From the IMG/VR virus record IMGVR_UViG_2534681772_000015: a stretch of DNA of 6,621 nucleotides. One strand, written 5' to 3'. The notes under the pieces were generated by a model that did not search any database, was not told the DNA's origin, and was given only the letters and a program-made list of their open reading frames with translations. Positions 1-6,267 of the stretch are shown in pieces; position 1 is the first letter of the stretch; each line of letters begins with the position of its first letter. The stretch is from a virus (Duplodnaviria > Heunggongvirae > Uroviricota > Caudoviricetes). A program made the translations under genes and the position numbers.

Positions 1-1158
1 ATGCTCACCGTTAAGCAGATTGAAGCAGCAAAGCCGAAAGAAAAACCATACCGCCTTCTCGATGGTAATGGCCTGTACCTTTATGTCCCTGTATCCGGGA
101 AAAAGGTATGGCAGCTTCGCTACAAGATTGACGGTAAGGAGAAAATCCTGACCGTAGGAAAATATCCGCTAATGACTTTGCAGGAGGCAAGAGATAAAGC
201 ATGGACCGCGAGGAAAGACATCTCGGTTGGCATCGATCCGGTAAAGGCGAAAAAGGCTTCGTCTAACAACAATTCATTTAGTGCGATTTACAAGGAATGG
301 TACGAGCACAAGAAGCAAGTCTGGTCAGTAGGCTATGCAACTGAACTTGCCAAAATGTTTGATGACGACATTTTACCCATCATCGGCGGCCTTGAGATTC
401 AGGATATTGAGCCGATGCAACTGCTGGAAGTAATCCGCAGATTTGAAGATCGCGGTGCAATGGAGCGAGCCAACAAAGCCCGCAGAAGATGCGGCGAGGT
501 TTTCCGTTACGCTATTGTCACTGGTAGGGCTAAATATAACCCGGCACCTGACCTTGCTGACGCCATGAAGGGATACCGCAAGAAGAACTTCCCGTTTCTC
601 CCAGCAGACCAGATCCCTGCATTCAACAAAGCACTGGCAACATTTTCAGGAAGCATCATATCGCTCATTGCGACCAAAGTTTTACGCTACACAGCCCTAA
701 GAACGAAAGAGCTTCGCTCCATGCAATGGAAGAACGTCGATTTTGAAAACAGGATTATCACTATCGACGCCAGTGTGATGAAGGGCCGCAAAATTCATGT
801 GGTTCCTATGTCAGACCAGGTAATTGAACTTCTCACTACGCTAAGCTCAATCACTAAACCAGTATCAGAGTTTGTTTTTGCCGGGCGCAACGATAAGAAG
901 AAGCCAATCTGCGAGAACGCGGTATTGCTTGTGATCAAACAAATTGGCTATGAAGGGCTGGAAAGCGGTCACGGATTCAGGCATGAATTCAGCACGATTA
1001 TGAACGAGCACGAATGGCCTGCTGACGCTATTGAAGTGCAACTGGCACATGCCAACGGCGGATCTGTGCGCGGGATTTACAACCATGCTCAGTATCTCGA
1101 TAAACGCAGAGAAATGATGCAATGGTGGGCGGACTGGCTTGATGAAAAGGTGGAGTGA
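1..1158 (+). CDS. intS: Site-specific tyrosine recombinase / prophage integrase, P4/CP4-57 family, 385 aa, apparently full length
   Basis: ORF begins at window position 1 with the N-terminus MLTVKQIEAAKPKEKPYRLLDGNGLYLYV, typical of P4-type integrase arm-binding domains. The C-terminal catalytic domain carries the tyrosine-recombinase signature: box I region LRTKELR, box II GHGFRHEF (H-x-x-R), and the nucleophile region RGIYNHAQY. Stop TGA at 1156-1158. The symbol is from my recollection that this sequence matches E. coli IntS of the CPS-53/KpLE1 element; not verified by search. Confidence 0.9.
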   Translation: MLTVKQIEAAKPKEKPYRLLDGNGLYLYVPVSGKKVWQLRYKIDGKEKILTVGKYPLMTLQEARDKAWTARKDISVGIDPVKAKKASSNNNSFSAIYKEWYEHKKQVWSVGYATELAKMFDDDILPIIGGLEIQDIEPMQLLEVIRRFEDRGAMERANKARRRCGEVFRYAIVTGRAKYNPAPDLADAMKGYRKKNFPFLPADQIPAFNKALATFSGSIISLIATKVLRYTALRTKELRSMQWKNVDFENRIITIDASVMKGRKIHVVPMSDQVIELLTTLSSITKPVSEFVFAGRNDKKKPICENAVLLVIKQIGYEGLESGHGFRHEFSTIMNEHEWPADAIEVQLAHANGGSVRGIYNHAQYLDKRREMMQWWADWLDEKVE

Positions 1159-1181
1159 TCCGCCTTAACCACTATCGAAGA

Positions 1182-1230
1182 GCACAAAGCCTTGCAATCC
1201 AGTGCAAAGCTTTGTGTGTATGAGTTTTTT
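1182..1230 (+). terminator. Possible intrinsic terminator downstream of the integrase (imperfect long hairpin plus T6 run)
   Basis: Outer arms gcacaaagc (1182-1190) and gctttgtgt (1209-1217) pair, with inner arms ttgca (1192-1196) and tgcaa (1204-1208) around a 7-nt loop. A TTTTTT run at 1225-1230 follows, but it is separated from the stem by 7 nt, so this is not canonical. Confidence 0.3.
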
Positions 1231-1301
1231 CTCACATCACCAGGCAATCATCAAACTCCGTATTCCTGGCGTCATTAATTATGTAAGTGATCACCACGAA
1301 T

Positions 1302-1329
1302 ATAGCCAGTGCAGAATAGCCAGTGCAGA
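1302..1329. repeat. Perfect tandem direct repeat, 2 x 14 bp (ATAGCCAGTGCAGA)
   Basis: Identical 14-mers at 1302-1315 and 1316-1329, read directly from the sequence. Located in the intergenic region between the integrase and the AT-rich cassette. Confidence 0.9.
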
Positions 1330-1561
1330 ACTGTAACCATCATCATCTTCTGGCAGCGCTTCCCTTCTCCCGTTATCCAGATTAACCGGGTGGTGCTGAG
1401 GATGAGTCCGATATCGCTTGATCCTGAATTCCACATCTATAGCAAAGCGGAAGGATGTCTCAATGTCGTGGACACACAGTGTTACAGCCACAAATCTATA
1501 GCCTAAGAAAGGTTTATTTTGTAATTAAAGAAGATTTTAAAAACCAGATTACTCATTCATA

Positions 1562-1590
1562 TAGACACCAATCCCCTACAGTCATAAAAT
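1562..1590 (+). promoter_or_regulatory. Candidate sigma70 promoter for the acyltransferase gene
   Basis: -35-like TAGACA (1562-1567, 5/6 to TTGACA), 17-bp spacer, -10-like TAAAAT (1585-1590, 5/6 to TATAAT). Lies about 45 bp upstream of the ATG at 1633, within AT-rich DNA. Prediction by eye only. Confidence 0.3.
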
Positions 1591-1632
1591 GCCTCTTTTG
1601 AATTGCTTTATCTTCATAACAAGAGGTTATTG

Positions 1633-2652
1633 ATGCTTCGCCACTTAACAGGACTCAGATTTATAGCTGCATTAATGGTTTATTTATGCCATTTAAATAC
1701 AGACTATTTTGGTGTTTTTGTAAAAGAAATGTTTTCCCAGGGATTTATTGGCGTTTCCTTTTTCTTTATTTTATCTGGCTTCATTCTTTCATATTCATAT
1801 GAAGACAAGCTAAAAAATGAAGTAACAAGTAAAAGACAGTTTATTCTTTTAAGATTGGCAAGAATTGTTCCAATGCATCTATTATTAGCCATGCCATTTA
1901 TTTTACTAACCATTCACTTAAAGAACTTTGATTTTTCAAAAACCTTAACAAATATTTTATTAATGCAAAGTTGGATACCAAAGGAGGATTACTACTTCTC
2001 ATTAAATGGTGTATCATGGTCTTTGTCTGATGAGCTGTTTTTTTATTTAATGTTTATTCCGTTGATTTATACATCAATTACAAAGAAAGTAATCACTGCA
2101 ATATCAATTATAACTCTACTATTAACTATATATTTTTTAAAAATTATACAAACAGAAGAACTTAATCACTGGTTATATTATATATTCCCAGTAAGCCGCT
2201 TGGTAGAATTTATTTGCGGTATGATTATTTACGCTTGCTGGAAAAACAGCCGACAGCAGACAGTCGACAGCCTTTTGTTTTTAATTTCACTATTACCTCT
2301 GCTAATAGCTATATATTATAGCAACAACATAAATAATAGTCTACGTTATTCGTTATATTATTTACTCCCCATGGTAATATTCTTTACTTCATGCATCTAT
2401 CTAAGAAATGGAGTCATTCATACTATCCTCAGTTCAAAAACCCTAGAGCTATTAGGGAAATCATCATTTATTTTTTATTTAATTCATCAACCCATTATAT
2501 TATTTTGCTTTAAAATCTTTGGACATAACCCCGGACCACTCTATTTAATAGCGCTCCTTGTTATAATAACCATAGTCTCAATCATACTTTATAAATTAGT
2601 TGAGGAGCCTTTAGAGCTGATGCTAAGAAAACGAATTTTAGCAGTAAAATAA
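1633..2652 (+). CDS. Integral-membrane acyltransferase family 3 protein (Oac/OafA-like O-antigen or polysaccharide O-acetyltransferase), about 339 aa
   Basis: I prefer the ATG at 1633 (preceded by AAGAGG at 1621-1626, 6-nt spacer) over the ORF track's TTG at 1603. The protein carries all three acyltransferase-3 signatures: R-X10-H near the N-terminus (R9...H20 in LRFIAALMVYLCH), FFxISGF-type motif (VSFFFILSGFIL), and VxWSLxxE motif (GVSWSLSDELFFY). It is hydrophobic throughout, consistent with about 10 transmembrane segments and no appended SGNH domain. The gene is about 30% GC in the one 60-nt block I counted, against visibly GC-richer flanks. Stop TAA at 2650-2652. Confidence 0.8.
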   Translation: MLRHLTGLRFIAALMVYLCHLNTDYFGVFVKEMFSQGFIGVSFFFILSGFILSYSYEDKLKNEVTSKRQFILLRLARIVPMHLLLAMPFILLTIHLKNFDFSKTLTNILLMQSWIPKEDYYFSLNGVSWSLSDELFFYLMFIPLIYTSITKKVITAISIITLLLTIYFLKIIQTEELNHWLYYIFPVSRLVEFICGMIIYACWKNSRQQTVDSLLFLISLLPLLIAIYYSNNINNSLRYSLYYLLPMVIFFTSCIYLRNGVIHTILSSKTLELLGKSSFIFYLIHQPIILFCFKIFGHNPGPLYLIALLVIITIVSIILYKLVEEPLELMLRKRILAVK

Positions 2653-2654
2653 AT

Positions 2655-2678
2655 AAAACCGCGCTATTGCGCGGTTTT
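2655..2678. terminator. Bidirectional rho-independent terminator between convergent genes
   Basis: Perfect 10-bp stem AAAACCGCGC (2655-2664) / GCGCGGTTTT (2669-2678) with loop TATT. T-runs flank on both strands, and it sits 3 nt after the acyltransferase stop. The stop codon of the minus-strand small ORF (2664-2666) lies inside the hairpin. Confidence 0.7.
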
Positions 2679-2843
2679 ATCTTCAGGCTTGATGAATTTT
2701 TTACCGTCATATGACCAGCCAATACCAACATCTCCAACACATTTAACTATATCCGCTTTTTCTGACTTAAACTCTGACTTACCATCCCATACAACAAGAT
2801 TTGTAACGACACCATTTTGTACGACTGCATAAATATCGCTCAT
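2664..2843 (-). CDS. Small phage protein of unknown function (59 aa from ATG; 64 aa if the GTG at 2858 is used), translationally coupled to the tail fiber gene
   Basis: ATG at 2841-2843 overlaps the tail-fiber stop TAA (2843-2845) as TAATG. A GGGAG Shine-Dalgarno lies about 8 nt upstream on the minus strand. Sequence MSDIYAVVQNGVVTNLVVWDG...IGWSYDGKKF resembles short beta-rich proteins I recall downstream of phage tail fiber genes. The last four codons (KTAQ) are encoded by the terminator stem. Confidence 0.5.
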   Translation of the reverse strand: MSDIYAVVQNGVVTNLVVWDGKSEFKSEKADIVKCVGDVGIGWSYDGKKFIKPEDKTAQ

Positions 2844-4039
2844 TACTGATACTCCCACACAAGAATATATCCCTGATTTCCATTATTTCCTGTCGCTGGG
2901 CCTGATGACGCCTTATTGTATTTACCTGTCCCGCCAATACCGTATGTCCCAAGCATAGTAGGGGTTATACTTTCAACGCCAATCGCCTGATCATCACCAA
3001 GTCCAATTGCCCCACATAAATTTGATCGTGAAACTGAATGGAACAGAATCCCTTGCCCTGTAGGAATTGGTGCTTCTGTTGCACTTCCCCCTGAAAATGG
3101 AGGTACCTGCTGAACTTGAGTTGATCCCCTTCCTCCCGGACATACAAGCAAATCACCAAAGCTTGTATTCCCGCCGTTACCTCCAGAGCCTCCTGGTCCT
3201 GTTCCTGCTACACCACCGCTTCCAATAGTTACTTGCACGGATTCAGGTATAGACTGATAAAAAAATGCTTTAGCATATGCCCCGTTGGAACCGGCAGCAC
3301 TTACACCACAGTTACCAGATGCAGTTGCCGACAAATTACCACTGGCACCACCTCCGCCAACGGCTTCCACTATAATTTTCGTTACACCAGGTGATTTGAT
3401 ATAAGTCCCAGATGATCCAAATGCCTGAACCCCCAAAAGCCTTCCTGTTCCATCCCCAAGTGTTAAATATTTTAGAGTTTCCGATACGTTTTTTTTACTT
3501 AAAATTTCCCTGCCATTTTGAGTCAGCGCTGTCATATCCATTGTTCCAGCACCTGTAAAAAATGCCAGCCCATCCGGAAATCCAGAAAGAGATGATAACG
3601 CAGTTAAGTTCTGGTTTTTACCCTGTTTTTCATCAATGCCTAAATATGATATAAGATTTAACCATCCATCACTTACTGAGTTTGGATTATTAGTATTTCC
3701 ATCGACAGTGTTCAAATACAAAGCGCTGCCATCATCTGAAACTATAAGAGCGTATTTTGGATAACCATTAATACCGATAGCAAAATCACTATCAAAAAAG
3801 TTTATTGCTCCTGCACTAAACCATCTACATAGAGAAGATAGTTCAAACAGAATTTGATTCATATCTTGACCTTTTGGTGGTAATCCCCCTGCAGATTTAA
3901 GGATCATGGTTATTGGAGGAAATCCTAAGTCATATGATGCTGTATTATCACCTGACGGAGTTGTTGGTAAAATCTCCCCCCTCTGTCCATTGATTCCAAA
4001 TGGTTTAGTTTGTTTTTTGGGCGCGTCTGAACGATTCAT
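2843..4039 (-). CDS. Phage tail fiber protein (398 aa) with a conserved P2-gpH-like internal motif and a glycine-rich C-terminal domain (putative receptor-binding)
   Basis: Residues about 144-196 (LTALSSLSGFPDGLAFFTGAGTMDMTALTQNGREILSKKNVSETLKYLTLG) resemble, from memory, the conserved segment of P2 gpH-type tail fibers (...LTALAGL...FPYFTGNDVASLATLTKVGRDILAK...IEYLGL). The C-terminal about 170 aa is Gly/Ser/Thr/Asn-rich (VGGGGASGN, GSGGVAGTGPGGSGGNGGN). Position is immediately after the gpI-like gene (TAA at 4042-4044, ATG at 4037-4039). Confidence 0.75.
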   Translation of the reverse strand: MNRSDAPKKQTKPFGINGQRGEILPTTPSGDNTASYDLGFPPITMILKSAGGLPPKGQDMNQILFELSSLCRWFSAGAINFFDSDFAIGINGYPKYALIVSDDGSALYLNTVDGNTNNPNSVSDGWLNLISYLGIDEKQGKNQNLTALSSLSGFPDGLAFFTGAGTMDMTALTQNGREILSKKNVSETLKYLTLGDGTGRLLGVQAFGSSGTYIKSPGVTKIIVEAVGGGGASGNLSATASGNCGVSAAGSNGAYAKAFFYQSIPESVQVTIGSGGVAGTGPGGSGGNGGNTSFGDLLVCPGGRGSTQVQQVPPFSGGSATEAPIPTGQGILFHSVSRSNLCGAIGLGDDQAIGVESITPTMLGTYGIGGTGKYNKASSGPATGNNGNQGYILVWEYQ

Positions 4040-4041
4040 AT

Positions 4042-4680
4042 TTAATCTCTGTAAAATGTACCATCATTAAACGGATAAGCATCTGATGAAAATCCAAAGT
4101 AAGGACTTACCACTTGGTTTATTCCTACGAGTACACCACTCGGAACAGGTGTTACATCATAATTCGTAAGAATAGATTCTTCGTATGGTGCAAGTTCAAA
4201 CTCGAATGTTATTCCTACTGTCATATCACGATAATTTACACAGTATACTCTTCCTCTTTGATAAAACAATATCTTTAGAAACCGGTTGATTTCTGGAATT
4301 GTAGCAATACTAATGTTTGTGAACGCTTTGCAAAATATAAGAGTTCTGTAAGCATCATCACTCAGCCTAACATTCGTTGTTTCCTGTATCCCACCAAAAA
4401 ATGGATCTCCATTGAAAGGTGTTGGGTAATTTATGTCCGCACTATTAGCCTCACTGAATCCGAAAGAACTGGTTTCTATTGGAGCATTAATATAACGACT
4501 TATTCCTACTATTTTACCCCACATATCTAGCCCGAATGTTTCACATGTGGTCAAATCCCATACTTTTGCAATAAACTCATCAGTGAAATCATCAAGGTTA
4601 ACTGCCTGATCAAAAGTATCAATGATAGATAGCAATTTTTTGCTTGCTGAGTATTGGGTAAGAATTGTGTCTTCCCACAT
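4042..4680 (-). CDS. Putative baseplate / tail protein (gpI-position protein, 212 aa)
   Basis: Call rests mainly on synteny: it lies between the baseplate-J-like gene and the tail fiber gene, as P2 gpI and Mu gp48 do. Size is compatible. A GAGAGGG Shine-Dalgarno lies just upstream of the ATG at 4678-4680. I do not see the LLPWLAW-type motif I remember from P2 gpI, so the family assignment is tentative. Confidence 0.5.
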   Translation of the reverse strand: MWEDTILTQYSASKKLLSIIDTFDQAVNLDDFTDEFIAKVWDLTTCETFGLDMWGKIVGISRYINAPIETSSFGFSEANSADINYPTPFNGDPFFGGIQETTNVRLSDDAYRTLIFCKAFTNISIATIPEINRFLKILFYQRGRVYCVNYRDMTVGITFEFELAPYEESILTNYDVTPVPSGVLVGINQVVSPYFGFSSDAYPFNDGTFYRD

Positions 4681-4691
4681 ACCGCCCTCTC

Positions 4692-5921
4692 TTACGATAA
4701 AGTAACAGTTATATCTGATTCCTGAATGGTTGGAACTTGATCTATACCCATAGTAACAGCCGGACCGTATAGAGAACCATCCAGAGACACTTCAAGAGAC
4801 AAAATACCTACTGTATCAGGAGATATTGAAATAACAGGGGCATAGTATTTACCAGCATTTATCGTCGAACCAATTCGTGCCTTTCCAATACCCTCATACC
4901 CTCCATTGAACACTGTGGATATTATTCCCTTTACTTGCTTAGATATGTCACTTGGAGGATTTAGAGATGAATCAATATTAACCTTAAAGTAAACTCGCGT
5001 CGGCGATGCTTTTTGCCATTGCATCACATATGATGGATATGGAGGCATGTAATTAACGTTGTCGTAAACAGTGAACGTTGTATCACCATTCATATTGGCA
5101 CCAGGATTATAAGTATTGAATATTGACTCAGCAACATCCTCATCAGCACCACCATAAACACAAATATAAACAGAATGCGCCAGAATAGGGAAATTCGTTG
5201 TTCCTTTATTTACTGTTTCTGCAGTTCTGTTTGACCATACGTAAGCATCAAGCACACCATCAGTCGCAAGTAACGCGGCTAATGTAGATGCGTCCTGATT
5301 TCGACTGTTTCTGGCAACTGATTGTCTCCGGCGAGTTTCAAAGGCGATCCGTGATTCAACATCAACACCAACGACTCCAGGGCTAGTATTATTTACAGCA
5401 TCCCACCCGGAAACGGCTCGATAAATCTGGTTCAGTGAACCTGCGGCACACGGAATCGGCCCGGTTGTTGTGTTGACAAACTGCACATCAACAGAGCCTG
5501 ATGAGGGTATTACAGCATTATCAATTGACTGATATATATACCCGCTCGTATCCACAGCGGTACTCCCTGCTGGTATTGTTGTTCCAACCTGACCAATGCA
5601 TGTTGCTGTAACAACTGTCCCCTGAGCAGCGATCCGTTCCATAAAGTAAATCCGACCAATCCCGTCCTGGAATCTACCGGTTGAGAAGTCAGGGTTTATT
5701 TGATTAAACAAACAAAGAAGCTTGTCGTATACCTGAGCAATGATTTCAGTGTCAGACTGTGCGATCTGACCTTGCGGTGAACTCAGTGACTGACTTGCGC
5801 CACCGCCAAGAACCGTTGACATGTCTGTAAGTCTTCCCGCCAGCACATCCGCTATGTCGGGAACTGAAAGACCGTTTTCAGTGATGGTTACATCAGGAAC
5901 AGCCGTATTTAATATCGTCAT
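4692..5921 (-). CDS. Baseplate J-like protein (P2 gpJ / Mu gp47 / T4 gp6 family), 409 aa
   Basis: Position after a small gpW-like gene with a 4-nt ATGA start/stop overlap (5918-5921). Internal segment ...ESRIAFETRRRQ...TLAALLATDGVLDAYVWSN...VYICVYGG fits the baseplate-J pattern as I remember it. Size is appropriate for the family. Confidence 0.7.
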   Translation of the reverse strand: MTILNTAVPDVTITENGLSVPDIADVLAGRLTDMSTVLGGGASQSLSSPQGQIAQSDTEIIAQVYDKLLCLFNQINPDFSTGRFQDGIGRIYFMERIAAQGTVVTATCIGQVGTTIPAGSTAVDTSGYIYQSIDNAVIPSSGSVDVQFVNTTTGPIPCAAGSLNQIYRAVSGWDAVNNTSPGVVGVDVESRIAFETRRRQSVARNSRNQDASTLAALLATDGVLDAYVWSNRTAETVNKGTTNFPILAHSVYICVYGGADEDVAESIFNTYNPGANMNGDTTFTVYDNVNYMPPYPSYVMQWQKASPTRVYFKVNIDSSLNPPSDISKQVKGIISTVFNGGYEGIGKARIGSTINAGKYYAPVISISPDTVGILSLEVSLDGSLYGPAVTMGIDQVPTIQESDITVTLS

Positions 5922-6262
5922 AAGGTGGCCTGTGCAATATTACCATTGATATCTGTAACGCGGATTGTGCCGCGAGTTGTAAGTGTATTCTTGTCAAAGA
6001 AAACTGATGCCAGAGCATCCTCAACGACGGGTAATTTGAGTGCTTCAGCCTGCATTTTCTGAGCAATAAAACCAGGAGATGGTCGCCTGCCAAGAACTTC
6101 TGCCTCCCATGGAATCCCAAGCGTATTGTCGTAATAACACTCTCCAGAAAACACCAGGCACGCACTGGCGACATCCTGAGCAACAGAATATGATTCTTCT
6201 GCGATCGCCAGATTGCCATTTCCGTCAAGCGTCAAGTCCCACGTAGAAGTGTCCAGTTGCAT
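5918..6262 (-). CDS. Small baseplate wedge protein, gpW/gp25-like (114 aa); translation start uncertain
   Basis: About 115 aa ORF immediately upstream of and overlapping the baseplate-J-like gene, the canonical W-J arrangement. Its ATG (6260-6262) is only 5 bp from the IS end at 6268 and an in-frame stop lies at 6293-6295 inside the IS, so the native upstream region and ribosome-binding site have been replaced. Confidence 0.5.
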   Translation of the reverse strand: MQLDTSTWDLTLDGNGNLAIAEESYSVAQDVASACLVFSGECYYDNTLGIPWEAEVLGRRPSPGFIAQKMQAEALKLPVVEDALASVFFDKNTLTTRGTIRVTDINGNIAQATL

Positions 6263-6267
6263 AGTTC

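Noticed and set aside
11-1122. Minus-strand ORFs 11..202 (63 aa) and 865..1122 (85 aa) inside the integrase gene
   Set aside because: Antisense to a full-length integrase with clear catalytic motifs; treated as spurious.
1291-1506. Two mutually overlapping ORFs on opposite strands (1291..1491 minus, 66 aa; 1309..1506 plus, 65 aa) in the integrase-cassette intergenic region
   Set aside because: No convincing ribosome-binding site, no recognisable family (not Xis/AlpA-like), and they overlap almost completely on opposite strands. Most likely non-coding or pseudogene debris; only a homology search could rescue either.
1603-1632. TTG start at 1603 proposed by the ORF track for the acyltransferase (349 aa)
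   Set aside because: The ATG at 1633 has a well-spaced AAGAGG Shine-Dalgarno (1621-1626) and places the R-X10-H motif at the expected distance from the N-terminus. The extra ten residues from the TTG have no ribosome-binding-site support.
1704-1913. 69-aa ORF antisense within the acyltransferase gene
   Set aside because: Entirely embedded antisense in a well-supported gene within AT-rich sequence; open frames of this size are expected by chance.
2843-2858. GTG start at 2858 for the small ORF (64 aa) from the ORF track
   Set aside because: Not excluded, but the ATG at 2841-2843 forms a classic TAATG stop-start overlap with the tail fiber gene and has a GGGAG Shine-Dalgarno at suitable spacing, so the 59-aa form is preferred.
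2965-3159. 64-aa ORF on the minus strand inside the tail fiber gene, in a different frame
   Set aside because: Fully nested in an alternative frame of a supported gene, with no independent translation signals.
5893-6228. 111-aa ORF overlapping the gpW-like gene in another frame
   Set aside because: The alternative frame (5918..6262) is translationally coupled (ATGA) to the baseplate-J-like gene and fits the module synteny; this frame has no such support.
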